Positions 1-12,705 of a DNA stretch of 64,000 nucleotides are shown here, piece by piece. The translations under genes were made by a program, and so were the position numbers. The notes under the pieces are model-generated. The model was given only the letters and a program-made list of their open reading frames with translations, was not told the origin of the DNA and did no database searches. Numbering within the stretch: position 1 is the stretch's first letter; each line of letters begins with the position of its first letter. Source of the DNA: Mytilus californianus (taxonomy: Eukaryota); NCBI RefSeq assembly GCF_021869535.1, contig NW_026262637.1, forward strand, positions 28,396,001 to 28,460,000, read 5' to 3'.

Positions 1-1031
1 AAAATTCTAGTACACACACTGGCCTTAAATTGAGAGAATGATGTAAGAAAGTTAAAAGTCTAGCACTAAATATATCAAGTCGAGCGCTGTAGACATGAGG
101 TTGCAATACACAGTTAGGAGTTTGGTTTCTCATTTTGGCCCTGGTAAATTTTTTAACTATGAAAGTTATTGTGCAATACAATTAATTATTAGATAGCTGA
201 AAAATAACAAAGCCTTCAAAGGGGATTCATTTGAACATCAAAATTGTTTTTTGCATGTTTTATATGCCATTTTCTGTTTGACAGTCCGTTTTTCACATTC
301 GTACCGGTTATATGTCCAGAAATTATTGAAGTGTTTTCCAATAGACTTTTTGCGCTCGAACTTTTCAATCCAATTGTATCGAAAAATGAGGTTAAATGCA
401 TTTGTGTTTTAGTTGACATCTTGATGAATAAATGTCAATGGTTTCAAAAGGTATCACTCAAATGGATTGAAATTTTAATTTGGCCCAAATTTTGGGGACA
501 TTTGTGACATTTTCATCCCCCTTTTTGCAATAATTTGGATGAAATAAATGCAGATTGTTGCCATGGTTACACCAAAAAGAGATTCCATTTCACAATGTCA
601 ACCTATTGAAGATGCTGTTTTCATACATATGCATATGCACGACATTAACAGTAAGCTTTATTTGTTAGAAAGAAAGAGAGTTGTTAAAAATTATGAGTGT
701 AAATTTTAAGTTTTTTCCTAACTGTTTATTGCTACCTGAAGTCAAGCGCTGGGTATGAAAAGTCCAGCGCTGGAGAAGCAACATCAAGCGATGGGGATGT
801 AAAGCCTAACTCTGTAGTTCTAAAGTCCAGCCATGGAGATATAAAACACAGCGATGTAGTCCAACGGACAGTAATAGTGGAACTTTGCATCTACTGCTCG
901 GATAGTTTTCTTCTACAGCAGCGCTTGACTTTATATCGACAGCGATTTGCTTTATATCTTCTGCGTTAGATTTTAAATCTTCAGCGCTAGTTTTTCCATT
1001 TGGTCAACTAGATTTTGAAAAACCACAACTC

Positions 1032-1488
1032 TATAGGTTGCAATTCTGTAAAGATAGACAATGCAATTTTCCATAGGAACTCCCTTTGCGGCTAAAACTG
1101 CCACTTTACTAGGAAGTTTCGTGAAAAATTATATCCCAGAACGGAAAGTTGATGTGCACTACTATTTTATTCAAAGGTCAAAATATAGGGCTGTGCGGCA
1201 TATTTTCAACATTTATATGCCCTGAACTTCTAAGAGTTTAAACTTATACTAAAATATTCTATTCTACCCCTACCTCCACTTTTGGACATCCTAAGAATTA
1301 AATTTTAGGCGCTACCATTTTTTTCTATACTGGTAACATTCTCAAGTTATGTCTCTATGAGATGAAATACAGAGATCATATCTGGGAACCAGTACGTTAA
1401 CAAATTAACATATCTATATGAATATTATATATCTCCCCAAAAGAGGCGTGGCTTGTGAAACAGCTGTATTTACAAAGTGCAACCTATA
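1032..1488. mobile_element. MITE copy 1 (~455 bp, TA-flanked, Tc1/mariner-like ends)
   Basis: tataggttgca...tgcaacctata terminal inverted repeat (imperfect to ~20 bp), TA at both ends; near-identical copy at 2698-3150. Confidence 0.75.
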
Positions 1489-2697
1489 CAAACATTTATT
1501 CAAATAAAAAACTCTTGAAAAACACTTATTTATCAGAATTATAGCCTTAAAGAAATCACTGCATATACTCTAACTTATCTTTTACAGTACATTTTATACC
1601 CCCACCTCTGTTTCAATCTTTTAAAGAAAATGAAAACAAGACTTTAATTATTGTCAGCTTATCCTATGTGCATGTTTTCTGACATGAAATGTCTAGAACC
1701 TGTTTGAAACTATTCTTATAACAAATTAAATGCTTTTCAGAATACTATAAATGATAGTTTAGTAGTTAATCATTCCAACATTCAAGATTATATAAAGTAT
1801 CCAATCCTGCCTTTGTCTCCAGTCCACATCTTACTGTATGCCTATTTGTCAATTAAAGTTAACAGTTTCTACCTCAAATGGTCAGTGTAGAAATGTTGTC
1901 ACAACAATATCATCTCTAACCATATATCTAACATAATGTAGCTAATATATGAACAAGAAGTGTTTAAACAAAGCCATATTTTCAAAAGTTGTATGTATGA
2001 AGTTACCAGTCTTATGTATGACTTCACTAAAAGTTTTATAGAACTGACTGCTAACATCTGTTTTTTGCATAATTTCAAAGCACAGTTACTGTTTTCTATA
2101 CAAAAGACCTTTAAAATAATAAAATCATAGCATTTACAGGTTAAATTATCTGTTTTGTGACCCAGGGGGTAGGCATATTTCTGTTTTTTGCCACTGGGGC
2201 CTCACATTTGCTAAATTATTCTGCTTTTTCTGTGAATATGGAATATTCAATACATATTTAGGATAAAACACACTATTGTTAGTTTTATTGAGGTATTTTT
2301 GTATTTCTAGTTTGTATTGTTTTATGCCGCGGTCACGAAAAAGCACATTCAGGTGTTACGGCTTACTTTTGGGTTATCGACAGAACAAAAACACCCCAAA
2401 AACAATATTCAGGAAGGATCTATGAGTTTCAATGACTGCGAAGAGTAAATATAAGCACTTCTAAACAATTCAAATTACAAATATCCATACATTAAGAATT
2501 TATTTTGAATTCAGGCCTTTAAGTAAACTATGCATATTGTAAACTGTGAATTTATGCTGAGTTATCATAGTTAAGGCCCAGGATTTTCTCAATCTTCATG
2601 AAATATTCATAAAACTTTGTATTTGAGTTAATTTCATTTAAATCTCTGAGATAAACCAGATTTGGTGAAATTCTATATGTTCTCTTTTTTCACCCAA

Positions 2698-3150
2698 TAT
2701 AGGTTGCAATTCTGTAAATATAGACAATGCAATTTTCCATAGGAACTCCCTTTGCGGCTAAAACTGTGCCACTTTTACTAGGAAGTTTCGTGAAAAATTA
2801 TATCCCAGAACGGAAAGTTGATATGCACTTCTATTTTATTCAAAGGTCAAAATATAGGGCTGTGCGGCATATTTTCAACATTTATATGCTCTGAACTTCT
2901 AAGAGTTTAAACTTATACTAAAATTCTATACTACCCCAACCTCCACTTTTGGACTTCCTAAGAATTAAATTTTAGGCGCTACCATTTTTTTCTATACTGA
3001 TAACATTCTCAAGTTATGTCTCTATGAGATGAAACACAGAGATCATATCTGGGAACCAGTACGTTAACAAATTAACATATCTATGAATATTATATATCTC
3101 CCCAAAAGAGGCGTGGCTTGTGAAACAGCTGTATTTACAAAGTGCAACCT
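2698..3150. mobile_element. MITE copy 2 (same family and orientation)
   Basis: Aligns end to end with 1032-1485 with few differences; right end degenerate. Confidence 0.75.
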
Positions 3151-3745
3151 TTAGTATCTGTATTAGACCAACAAGGCTCTATATAAAATTAATGTAAAAA
3201 CTAGAAACATATCAAAATGAAAACCACTATACATTGATGGTATCCGTCACTTCGCTAGTTGAAAAATTTATTCGACAGAAAATCTCAACTTTGGTCATGA
3301 ATATCACAACCTATACCAGACAATCTCAATCCGACATACTTTTTAACTTATTCAGCTTAATAAAATCATATTCGTAAAGAAATAGAAAAAATGTTATTAA
3401 AGGTTTTTAATGATTAAGAAGAATACACTAATATATATGCTAGCTTCATTGATGATTTCAGTGTCATTTTGTCAAACACTCAATGAGCTGGCCTCACTTA
3501 CCTGCGGGGAAACAGTGATTCCGATGTCATTTTAAATTATATTGGTCGGAGTAATAAACGAGACAAGCTCTCATTTTGTTATATATGGCATGACATTCTC
3601 CTATTTAACAAAAAAAAAATCACAGATTGACAATAAATTTTCGAAAAGTCGACCTACCCTATGTATATTTTTGATATTTGATACCAGAAAAGCTCAACAG
3701 GAAGTGCCAGTAAACTTTTCTCTCGCTAAACCATTTGGTTGAGAT

Positions 3746-5023
3746 TTGATGGTTTACCATGCGTGTGGTGTCAAGAAGTCAACAACAACAACAAACCACC
3801 CTATGGATAATGGCCAATGCGAACGTTTTAACCGCACATTATTGAATATGCTTGGCACACTTCAGAATCATCAAAAAGCCGATTGGAAATCATTACTTGG
3901 TCCAATTGTTCACGAATACAACAGCACGAAACAGGAAACAACTGGAATCTCACCATTTGCTCTGATGTTTGGTAGAGAACCACGCCTGCCTATAGATCTT
4001 TCACTGGGATTAGAAACATAGAAAGAACAGAAGACAAATACGAAGTTTATTGAGAACTTAAAAGAAAGACTGAGGAAATCTTGTGAGTTAGCTACGAATT
4101 CAGCAAAGATAGCTCAAGGACGTCAGAAGAAACATTATGCCAACAAAGTGCGTGGAGCCATATTACATCCAGGCGACCGAGTACTCGTAAAGATTCTGAG
4201 TTTCGATGGAAAGCACAAGTAATCTGATAAATGGGAGAATGACAGCTACGTCATATTAGATCAACCTAACTCCACTATCCAAGTCTTCACAGTGGGGAAG
4301 GAAAAAGGACATGGAAGAAATAGAATTTTACATAGAAACCTTCTTTTGCCTATTGGTTAGGTTTCCATCGATAAAAAGGAAGAAAAGGAGAAGCCTAGAC
4401 CTACTCCTGCACCACGATTAAGACCCAGGAAGAATAGAGAAACAGATCCACAACCAACGTCAAATCTACCTGATAGCACTCTGACAAGTTCTGACGAAGA
4501 AAGTGATGATGACTACTAGTATTTGGTTTATGTGGTTAGAGAACCTAACGTTGATGACTAAAGTGCTCCACACAGTGCTATTGAGGAGTTAGATACTCAG
4601 GATGATGATGATACTGTTCAGGATGAGGCTGGTGACGATCAGGAACACGTTGCTGAACAGCAAGATACTGGAATTGAGGGTGACGACCTTCCATCTGAAG
4701 AGAGTGATACAGTTTATCCAGGACTTGAGTCTGATGAAATGACAGAGACCGATCATCAAGTAGCTGACACTACAATACCTGATGATACAGATGAACCTTG
4801 GCAAGACACCACTGTTGACGAAACAGTAGATTATGTCCCTCAACCGGACATTGAAGCACCATTGATAGATCCAAGAAGATCTGTACGTGCCAGAACATCG
4901 ACGGCTACCACGAAGTATAAGGAATTTATAGTTACCAAGAAGAGCCAGCCACAGCCTGATTGGAAGAGTAGAGTCGACTATCTGAAGAAGATTGCTTCTA
5001 GCGGTGCTTTCAAAGGCATGTAG
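3746..5023 (+). pseudogene. Ty3/Gypsy pol 3' remnant: integrase core plus acidic C-terminal extension
   Basis: HPMDNGQCERFNRTLLNML, YNSTKQETTGISPFALMFGREPRLPID and GDRVLVK are integrase motifs. The ORFs at 3746 and 4739 are in the same frame, separated by premature stops. RRSVRAR motif near the end. Confidence 0.9.
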
Positions 5024-5159
5024 GACCATATTCTAGCAGGTCTTTTGAATGTTGTACTTTTCAGACGATCATTATTGATTACGAGGACGTCATATTTTTC
5101 TCAGAAGGAGGAGAGATATTCATGATGTCATGGAAGACATTCTCCAACAGAAGGGAGGA

Positions 5160-6337
5160 TGTGATAGTGTGGATTTTTATTATATTAACCATTTATATAT
5201 TTATTATGTTTTATAGGTTATTTCGAGACACCATTAATTTATATTCTTTCATTAACAGAGTAGTTTACTTAATATGAATAAGAAGATGTGGTATGAGTGC
5301 CAATGAGACAACTATCCATCCAAGTCACAATGTGTAAAAAGTAAACAATTATAGGTCAAAGTACGGCCTTCAACTTTACCTTTATTCTGTTGATTGCCTA
5401 TTGATTATTCATTGATCCATAAAATCTAATTGTTTACCTTGTAGGATTTACCTATTATTGATTTTACTATCAGTACTCACTTTTCACTAGAGTGTATAGG
5501 TTTTCTTGTATTCTGATTGGTTTCTGAAGCCCTGCCCTCAGTTTTGGTGGTAGTTTTGAAAACAGTAATGGAGGCTTGATGTCTGTGTTGTGATCTTGAT
5601 ATATTTGTACGTTTTGATGCACTTTGTGCTCATAGACTTTATATTGTGTTTGATTAGTTGTTCCATAAGTTCTATGGATTAGTATATTGATGGAATTCAT
5701 TCTGTAACAGGACATCATGACTTTATATGTACCATATTTGATGTGAACCTCTGTTACCATTACTGTAGAAGTATGAAGATCGTTACTGTAAATATTATGA
5801 AGACTGTCGATGTTAGTTATTAAACTCAGTTCCACAGACTGGTGAGTTTATGTATACTTAAAATAGCATAATATATATATTGTTCATGTAAGACAGTGAA
5901 GAACATTTGATATTATGTAGAGTTATCTACCTTTGATACATATGTTATGGTTATTTATAAAATATGGATTTACACACCTATTTAGTTAATTCAAATAGTG
6001 TTATATGAACTTGACATTATAGTTATATGTTTAAGTGTCAAAACTGATGATTTTATATGAATGATGAATGAATATTTGCAAGTGCTAATTATCATCATGT
6101 CATCTTGTATATTGATATTATGGAAGAACTATAAATATTCATGGTTCTTATATTTATGTTGATCTGCAGTAATGTTATAATAACTGTAACACAGTACGAT
6201 ATAGTAATTATATAAATGTATCTTTATATTTTGTAGGCTTTATAATTATATGATTACACTATTGTTGAATAAAGAACCCTAGATAATGATGAAATGGACT
6301 AGTTGTTATTTGATTGTCCAGAAATTCACCTTTTACA
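5160..6337 (+). mobile_element. Probable 3' LTR of the Gypsy element
   Basis: Purine tract (agaagggagga) directly before TG at 5160; AATAAA near 6268; ends ttttaCA; interrupted by a repeat at 5278-5374. No 5' LTR in the window to confirm boundaries. Confidence 0.45.
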
Positions 6338-7054
6338 TTCACTCAATGTAGTATTAATGCAGAAGGTAGGATATGTGTTTCTTCAACAAATTAAAACGTC
6401 TAAATTTGAACAATTTGTTTAAATCTTACAATACAAATATATAAAAGGTTTTTTTTCATGAAGAACACGTAAGTATGTTGAAATGCGGGCTGTTTCCAGA
6501 TAAAAAAAACTGCACGCGAGCAAGATATGGACTGCAGTTTGATATACCAGAGGCAAAACTGTTGGTCCATATCGTAACGTTTGGGTAGTCTTAACATCAT
6601 AAGTTATTATAATTTAAGTTTTTTGCCAGATCATATTTTCAGTCGTTCAATCGTATTTGTAAATCTACTGCCATTTATGAAAATCTTTCATTCACAATTA
6701 AAAAACAGACACTTTATTATAATCAATATATTAACAATCGTTTTTAATTTGAAAATATAACTGCTTAATACTACAACAGGACAGATGTAAGATAATGAGG
6801 ATGGCAATTTAAGATCAAGACGAGCGTTATAATCATACATACACAGTATACCATTCGAAATATAAAAATATTAATAGAATGCATTGTTTCTAGCCTATGT
6901 CTTACGGTCCAAGTATAGTATACGTAAAAACAGTTCAGACAGAATAATGTTCATATAATACGCTGAGGCAACAGAGATTAATGTGCCTAAAATTTCTTTT
7001 AATAGCTTTGAGAAATACACGCTTTCTTACAATTGCAAAAACGACCTTTACTAC

Positions 7055-7410
7055 AGGTCAACAAATCAATGAGCCCGTATTTCACATTATTTCATGTTCT
7101 GCATGTCTTCGGGTCAGTAGGTCGACAGGACACAAATCAATAAGTATAGTAATTTAGTTCGTTTTATGTAGTACAAGACTTCGTTTCAACAGGTTGACAG
7201 GTCAGCAATCCGACAGCAGCTCTACGGGTCAACGGGTCAACAGAAACACAGATAAGTTAGTTTACATATCAGTTAGTTATATGTTCTACAAGTCTTCGGG
7301 TACGTAGGTCGAAGGGTCAGCAAGTCGACAAGTCAACGGATCAACAGGACAAAAATCAATTAATAGTAGTCTACATATCAATTCGTTTCGGTCGACAGGT
7401 CAACTGGTTG
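7055..7410. repeat. Degenerate tandem repeat rich in ggtcaac/ggtcgac motifs
   Basis: Recurring cgggtc...ggtcgacagg...caaatcaat blocks at roughly 120-bp intervals. Confidence 0.5.
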
Positions 7411-8475
7411 ATGCTGCATTCCTTTTATCATTAACTATATTTATGGTTTCAAATGAAATGTTTAGAAAGGTGAAGTTATTGCTGAGAAAATAAGACGTGT
7501 TATGGGAGCCAATACATAATAATCTGTCGATCTGTTCATTAACAATTCATCCTTAATTTTATTAAGAAATCGATATACCCAACCATTTTCTTCCCCTTCA
7601 AACCCAAGATATGTAGAAATCCATTCATTAAAATATCAATCTAATTAGTATAACTGAATTCTGTCTTTGATCATTTACAATAGTACTCAATCTTGTAAAT
7701 CTTTTATACCAACCGATCTAATCAAACTCTTAAAAGTGGAATATCGGAGTACTTCCGATTGAACTACTCTGCGTGTGTTATTCTGGTTCTGCGACTCATT
7801 TCCCAAGAAATGTTACGAGAAAAATACTTGTAGGTCATGAACATTTCAGTATAACTTACAATCTACTTTATTTATAAGATTTGTTGTGAAAAGAGTCCCT
7901 GATCGTGATCTATTTCAATCCAGCACCACATTAATTTCTCGTACACGACTGTTCATAAAGTGCATGATCTGAGCCAGTGTGTTTCTTCCGTATTTATCTC
8001 TTAATATTCATATTTTGTGATTTATTTTTTCGAAGGACAGGATACGAATTAAACACAGTTAAAATAATAAATAACTGTATTGTTTTTGAATACATTGTGA
8101 CAATAAAACTCCGTAGCACCTGACTTCACCATCGGTTTTTTCATGGGGTTGCTCAATCAAAGCTATTTGGATATTGTTTGTGATCTGTTGTATGTCTTTT
8201 CGGCTATTATTTTCTTTTTGATAATGGTGTTGTCCGTCTTTCTGATGAAGTGAACCTCTGACCACCAACATCTCTCCCTTGTCGAGCAATCTATCGTGAG
8301 ATGCGGTTGTATTGAGTTGTAACTCGTTAAATAAATGTAAGTAATTTTTAAATACTTACAAAAAGTATATCAGATCCAAAGCAAAGACAGGTATACCTGT
8401 ATACAAACAAAAAATGTTTTTCTTCTATATTTTATATCGATATTTTCAATCATCTATATTTTATTTTCATATAAA

Positions 8476-9037
8476 AACAAGCATTCTGTGAGTATTGCAT
8501 GGCAATACATAGTCCCCTACCGGTTAAAAATTCATTGTAATGGAGCAAACCTACCACTAAATTCTTCAAACAGTTTACTAAAGAAAAGGAAAAAAATCCA
8601 AAATGTCATTTATCTTAATACAATGTCTTTTACAAATCTTTAAAAAAAAAAAAAATGAGTTATTTCCCTTTGAAAAGAAATCTAGTAATTAATAAGTATT
8701 TCATCAAAAATTTAATTCTAGGGAAAGTTAAAAAATGAGTTAATTCCCTTGAAATAGAAATCTAGTAATTAATAAGTATTTCATCAAAAATTTAATTCTA
8801 GGGAAAGGGCTTTAACTGAACAAGGAGAAAAGCTAAAATCGTGAAAATCGAACTTGACCTGTAACTTGTCATGATAAAACACTGCACCAAATATTAAATC
8901 AATATCTTCAAGCATTAAGAAAAAAAGTCTGGAAAACTGTTTTGCCGGACTGACGGATGGACAGACGGACAGACGGACAGACAGACGGACAGGGTGCAAA
9001 CCTAAAGTCCCCTTCGACTTCGTCGGTAGGGGACTAA
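8476..9037 (+). mobile_element. HINE/DINE-1-like (Helentron-associated) non-autonomous element
   Basis: aacaag start; subterminal IR agtcccctaccg (8511-8522) / cggtaggggact (9024-9035); 3' hairpin; GACG/GACA microsatellite at ~8950-8992; internal ~78-bp tandem duplication. Confidence 0.7.
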
Positions 9038-9263
9038 TAAGAAGATGTGGTATGATTGCCAATGAGACAACTCTCCACCAGAGACCAAATGACATAGAAG
9101 TTAACATGTCCAGAATATTTCTGACCTTTATTCGATAATTGATTGGATTCTAACCTCTGATACATTATATTTAGTAATATTTTATTTCTCTCGACATCTT
9201 TGAAGAAAGAAGTTCACACAATTGTCAGGACAAATTATATTTGTTATCGATGTATCGGTATCT

Positions 9264-10691
9264 TACGAAAGCCTATTAGGGTCACAAAAAAAAAAAAATA
9301 TCTCGTAATTACGCGATAGTTTTCTCGAAATAACGAAATAATTACGAGAAAACTATCGCGTAATGACGAGATAATCATTTTTTAACTCGTAATTACGAGA
9401 TAATTATCGCGTAATTACGAGAAAAATATCGCGTAATTACGAGTTAATTATCGCATAATTACGAGAAAACTATCGCATAATTACGAGATAAAATAAATTG
9501 CTTTGCTGAGCGCAGCTCGATACGCCCGCAGAGGTCCAACCCTGAACAGTTGGGGCAAAAATGGACACAATATTCAAGCTTGATACAGGTTTGAATTTGG
9601 ATTGTAATTAAATATTTGACATATTATAAGTTTCTGAATAAATGTAGTCAAAGAACTTGAAATTGGTTATATGAATTGAATTTATATTTAATTAAAGATT
9701 TCTTGCTGTTGTGCAATACACTGTGCTGTTGCGCAATACTTAGTAAATCTGTTGTCAGACTATAAACAAACAAAGTTCAATTAATTCTCAATGTCATATT
9801 AGAAATTTATGAAAATGTAAAGGGAGCTTACATAAATAGATATAAACTATTCACCAAAGTTTCATGAGAATTGCTGACAGTATTTTTGAGTTATTGTCCT
9901 AAAACTGAAAAATCACCCCTTTTTTAATGAATAAAATCCAATAACTCAGAAATGATAAATGAAAAATTTATAAAATTCTAAATAGAGCTTACATCAATAA
10001 ATATAAACAATTCACCAAAGTTTTATAAGAACTGCTGAAAGCATTTTTTTTTTGTCCAAAAACTGGAAAATCACCCTTTTTTATGAATAAAACCCCATAA
10101 CTCGGAAACGTATAATCTAAAATTTATAAAAAACGAAAGGGAGCTCATGTCAATAGACATAAACAATTCACCAAAGTTTTATGCAAATTAGTTAAAGCGT
10201 TTTTGAGTTAATGTCCGACATGTTGACGAAGGACGGACAGACGGACAGACGGACAACGGTATACCATAATACGTCCCGTAAACGGGCGTATAAAAATGAT
10301 TATCTCATAATTACGCGATAGTTTTCTCGTAATTACGCGATGATTATCTCGAAATTACGAGATTAAAAAATGATTATCTCGTAATTAAGTGATAGTTTTC
10401 TCGTAATTACGCGATAATTATGTCGTAATTACGAGATAAAAAAACTTCTTATCTCGTAATTACGCGATAGTTTTCTCGTAAATTATCGCGTAATTACGCG
10501 ATAATTATCTCGTAATTACGAGATAAAAAATGATTATCTCGTAATTACGAGATAAAAAATGATTATCTCGTAATTACGAGATAAAAAAGGATTATCTCGT
10601 AATTAAGCGATAGTTTTCTCGTAATTACGAGATATTTATTTCGTAATTACGCGATAAGTATTTTTTTTTGTGACCCTAATAGGCTTTCGTA
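9264..10691. mobile_element. Foldback-type DNA element, TAC...GTA termini, 6-bp TSD (IS3EU-like non-autonomous)
   Basis: TIR tacgaaagcctattagggtcacaaaaaaaa / ttttttttgtgaccctaataggctttcgta; GTATCT duplicated at 9258-9263 and 10692-10697; internal arrays of gtaattacg(c/a)gata units. Confidence 0.85.
9492..10295 (+). mobile_element. HINE-like element nested in the foldback element
   Basis: tacgcccg (9521-9528) / cgggcgta (10283-10290) subterminal IR; 3' hairpin atacgtcccg-taaa-cgggcgtat; (gacg/gaca)n microsatellite. Confidence 0.7.
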
Positions 10692-11644
10692 GTATCTAGT
10701 TCATTTATTCCGGTTTTTTTTCATTCAGAATATTTAACGGCGTGCCTACTTATGATATCAAAACTTATAGTAAATAGTTACTTTCATTAACAGGTATAAT
10801 TTCTCCTACATTCTTGATAGGTTGTCCATTGTCATAGCAACAACGCGTGTCTGATTTCCTTCTAAAAATAAAATGCGGTTCATTGGACACCATTGTTTTG
10901 TCAGAATACCTTAGCTTGTCTTTTTATTTTCTTTTGTTTACATTTTGCTTATCTTATTGAATATATGTTTTATTCTTCTTAAATTTTACTTTATTTTGAA
11001 AAAAAAAAGCACTGATGGTGTGTGAATTTTCAAACTCTTATGCTTAGACGCCTACCTACGCACGATTACATGGTTTTTTATCACATATATTACATTTCAT
11101 TGCATTTTAAAAGGAGTAAGACGACAAATGTCAACAGCAAAAAAAAAATATCAAAGATACCAGACTTATAACTATGTATGCCAGACACGCGTTTCGAGTA
11201 CATGACTCGTCAGTTACGCTCGAATAAAAACATTAATATCAACGTTGACATAAATGTATTGCTGTTGTCAGGTCATTAAAGATTGCATATTTTGGCTTTA
11301 ATATTGATTCACTTATAGGGTCTTTGCATCGGAATTAAACATATTTATTCTAAAAACAAGTTGTTGGCATGACACGGGTTATGTTCTTCTCATATATTTT
11401 ATGATGGTATAATACTAAACCCCTAACAGGAGGGATTGTGCCTGATATTCATATGATGAAGACATAATCTTTCAATCAGTTTAATTGAGGTCTGGAGCTG
11501 GCATGTCAGTAACTGCTAGTAGTCTGTTGTTATCTATGTATTATTGTCATTTTGTTTATTTTCTTTTGTTTCCTATTCTGAAATCGGACTCGGACTTCTC
11601 TTAAACTGAGTTTATCTGTGCGTACTGTTGTACGTTTGTTTTTT

Positions 11645-11982
11645 ATACATTGGCTAGAGGTATAGGGTGAGGGTTGAGATCTCAAAAAACATGTTTAACC
11701 CCGCCGCATTTTTGCGCCTGTCCCAAGTCAGGAGCCTCTGGCCTTTTGTTAGTCTTGTATCTTTTTTAATTTTAGTTTCTTGTGTATAATTTGGAGTTTA
11801 GTATGACGTCCATTATCACTGAACTAGTATACATATTTGTTTAGGGGCCAGCTGAAGGACGCCTCCGGGTGCGGGAGTTTCTCGCTGCATTGAAGACCCA
11901 TTGGTGGCCTTCGGCTGTTGTCTGCTCTATGGTCGGGTTGTTGTCTCTTTGACACATTCCCCATTTCCATTCTCAATTTTAT
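11645..11982 (+). repeat. Abundant ~340-bp interspersed non-autonomous repeat
   Basis: Other copies at ~28120-28418 (+), 37582-37920 (-) and a 60-bp fragment at 43069-43128; shared end ...gacacattccccatttccattctcaatttt. Confidence 0.8.
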
Positions 11983-12573
11983 TCCATTGCGAAACAGTTG
12001 AGTTACATCTGAAATGTTAGCTTTTCAAGCATTTCATATACAATGACTCGTTATACCTCACAATCTGCTAGATGATTTGTTTTTCTGAATTCGAATGAAC
12101 ATATGAATAATATATTTTGAAAAAAAACATGCCAACCTTCCCAACGGTGAATTGACTAACGAACAACAATTCTGTGAAATTATTGTTGACTCGAGTACGA
12201 ATTTCCTTCCCTTTAAGTCAAGACATGGAATATATTTGATATAGCCCTTGCATTTGGTTTTGTCGTCATCAACCTGTTGGTTCATATTCCTAACAAACAT
12301 TTGTTTCCAATTTCTTCAAACGTTACACTTTACTACTAGATTGAAATGATAAATTTAAAAAAAATATGTTTATTATATTTATTTTTCATTACTAATAAAA
12401 CAGATAAAAAATAAATATATGTAAAAAGTCAACAAATAAATAATACGATTTCATGAATCAACAATACAGATATAAAAAATGAGGACGATAAATTACTATT
12501 AAGTATTCATTTTTATGTACATTATGTATGAACAAATGGGTGTTCTTAAACAGTCTGTTATATATGCGCTCTC

Positions 12574-12705
12574 TCAGTTATTTCGACCATTGTCCTGTAT
12601 CTGTGAGGCCATCCATCTAAAGCCATCACCATATCCAATTTGTTGTACAACACTGCTCATTACTAAGGTACATGGTCTGGTGCTGGATTTATCTTCTGTA
12701 TTTAC
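12574..12705 (-). CDS. SAR1: Sar1-like A exon 6 (RP...GYGDGFRW, stop)
   Basis: 132 nt including TGA; AG acceptor. Confidence 0.93.
   Translation of the reverse strand, partial: VNTEDKSSTRPCTLVMSSVVQQIGYGDGFRWMASQIQDNGRNN

Noticed and set aside
4589-5029. 146-aa hydrophobic minus-strand ORF
   Set aside because: Antisense of the acidic Gypsy tail.
7860-7968. Exon-like segment with AG/GTAAG signals on the minus strand
   Set aside because: Stops in all three frames.
8784-9107. ORFs containing SVRLSV / DGRTDG repeats (also 29864-30443)
   Set aside because: Translations of GACG/GACA microsatellites in HINE-like elements.
9300-10660. Regular short repeats as a possible CRISPR array (also the 27494, 29554 and 44040 arrays)
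   Set aside because: No unique spacers, no cas genes, and the context is eukaryotic and intron-containing.
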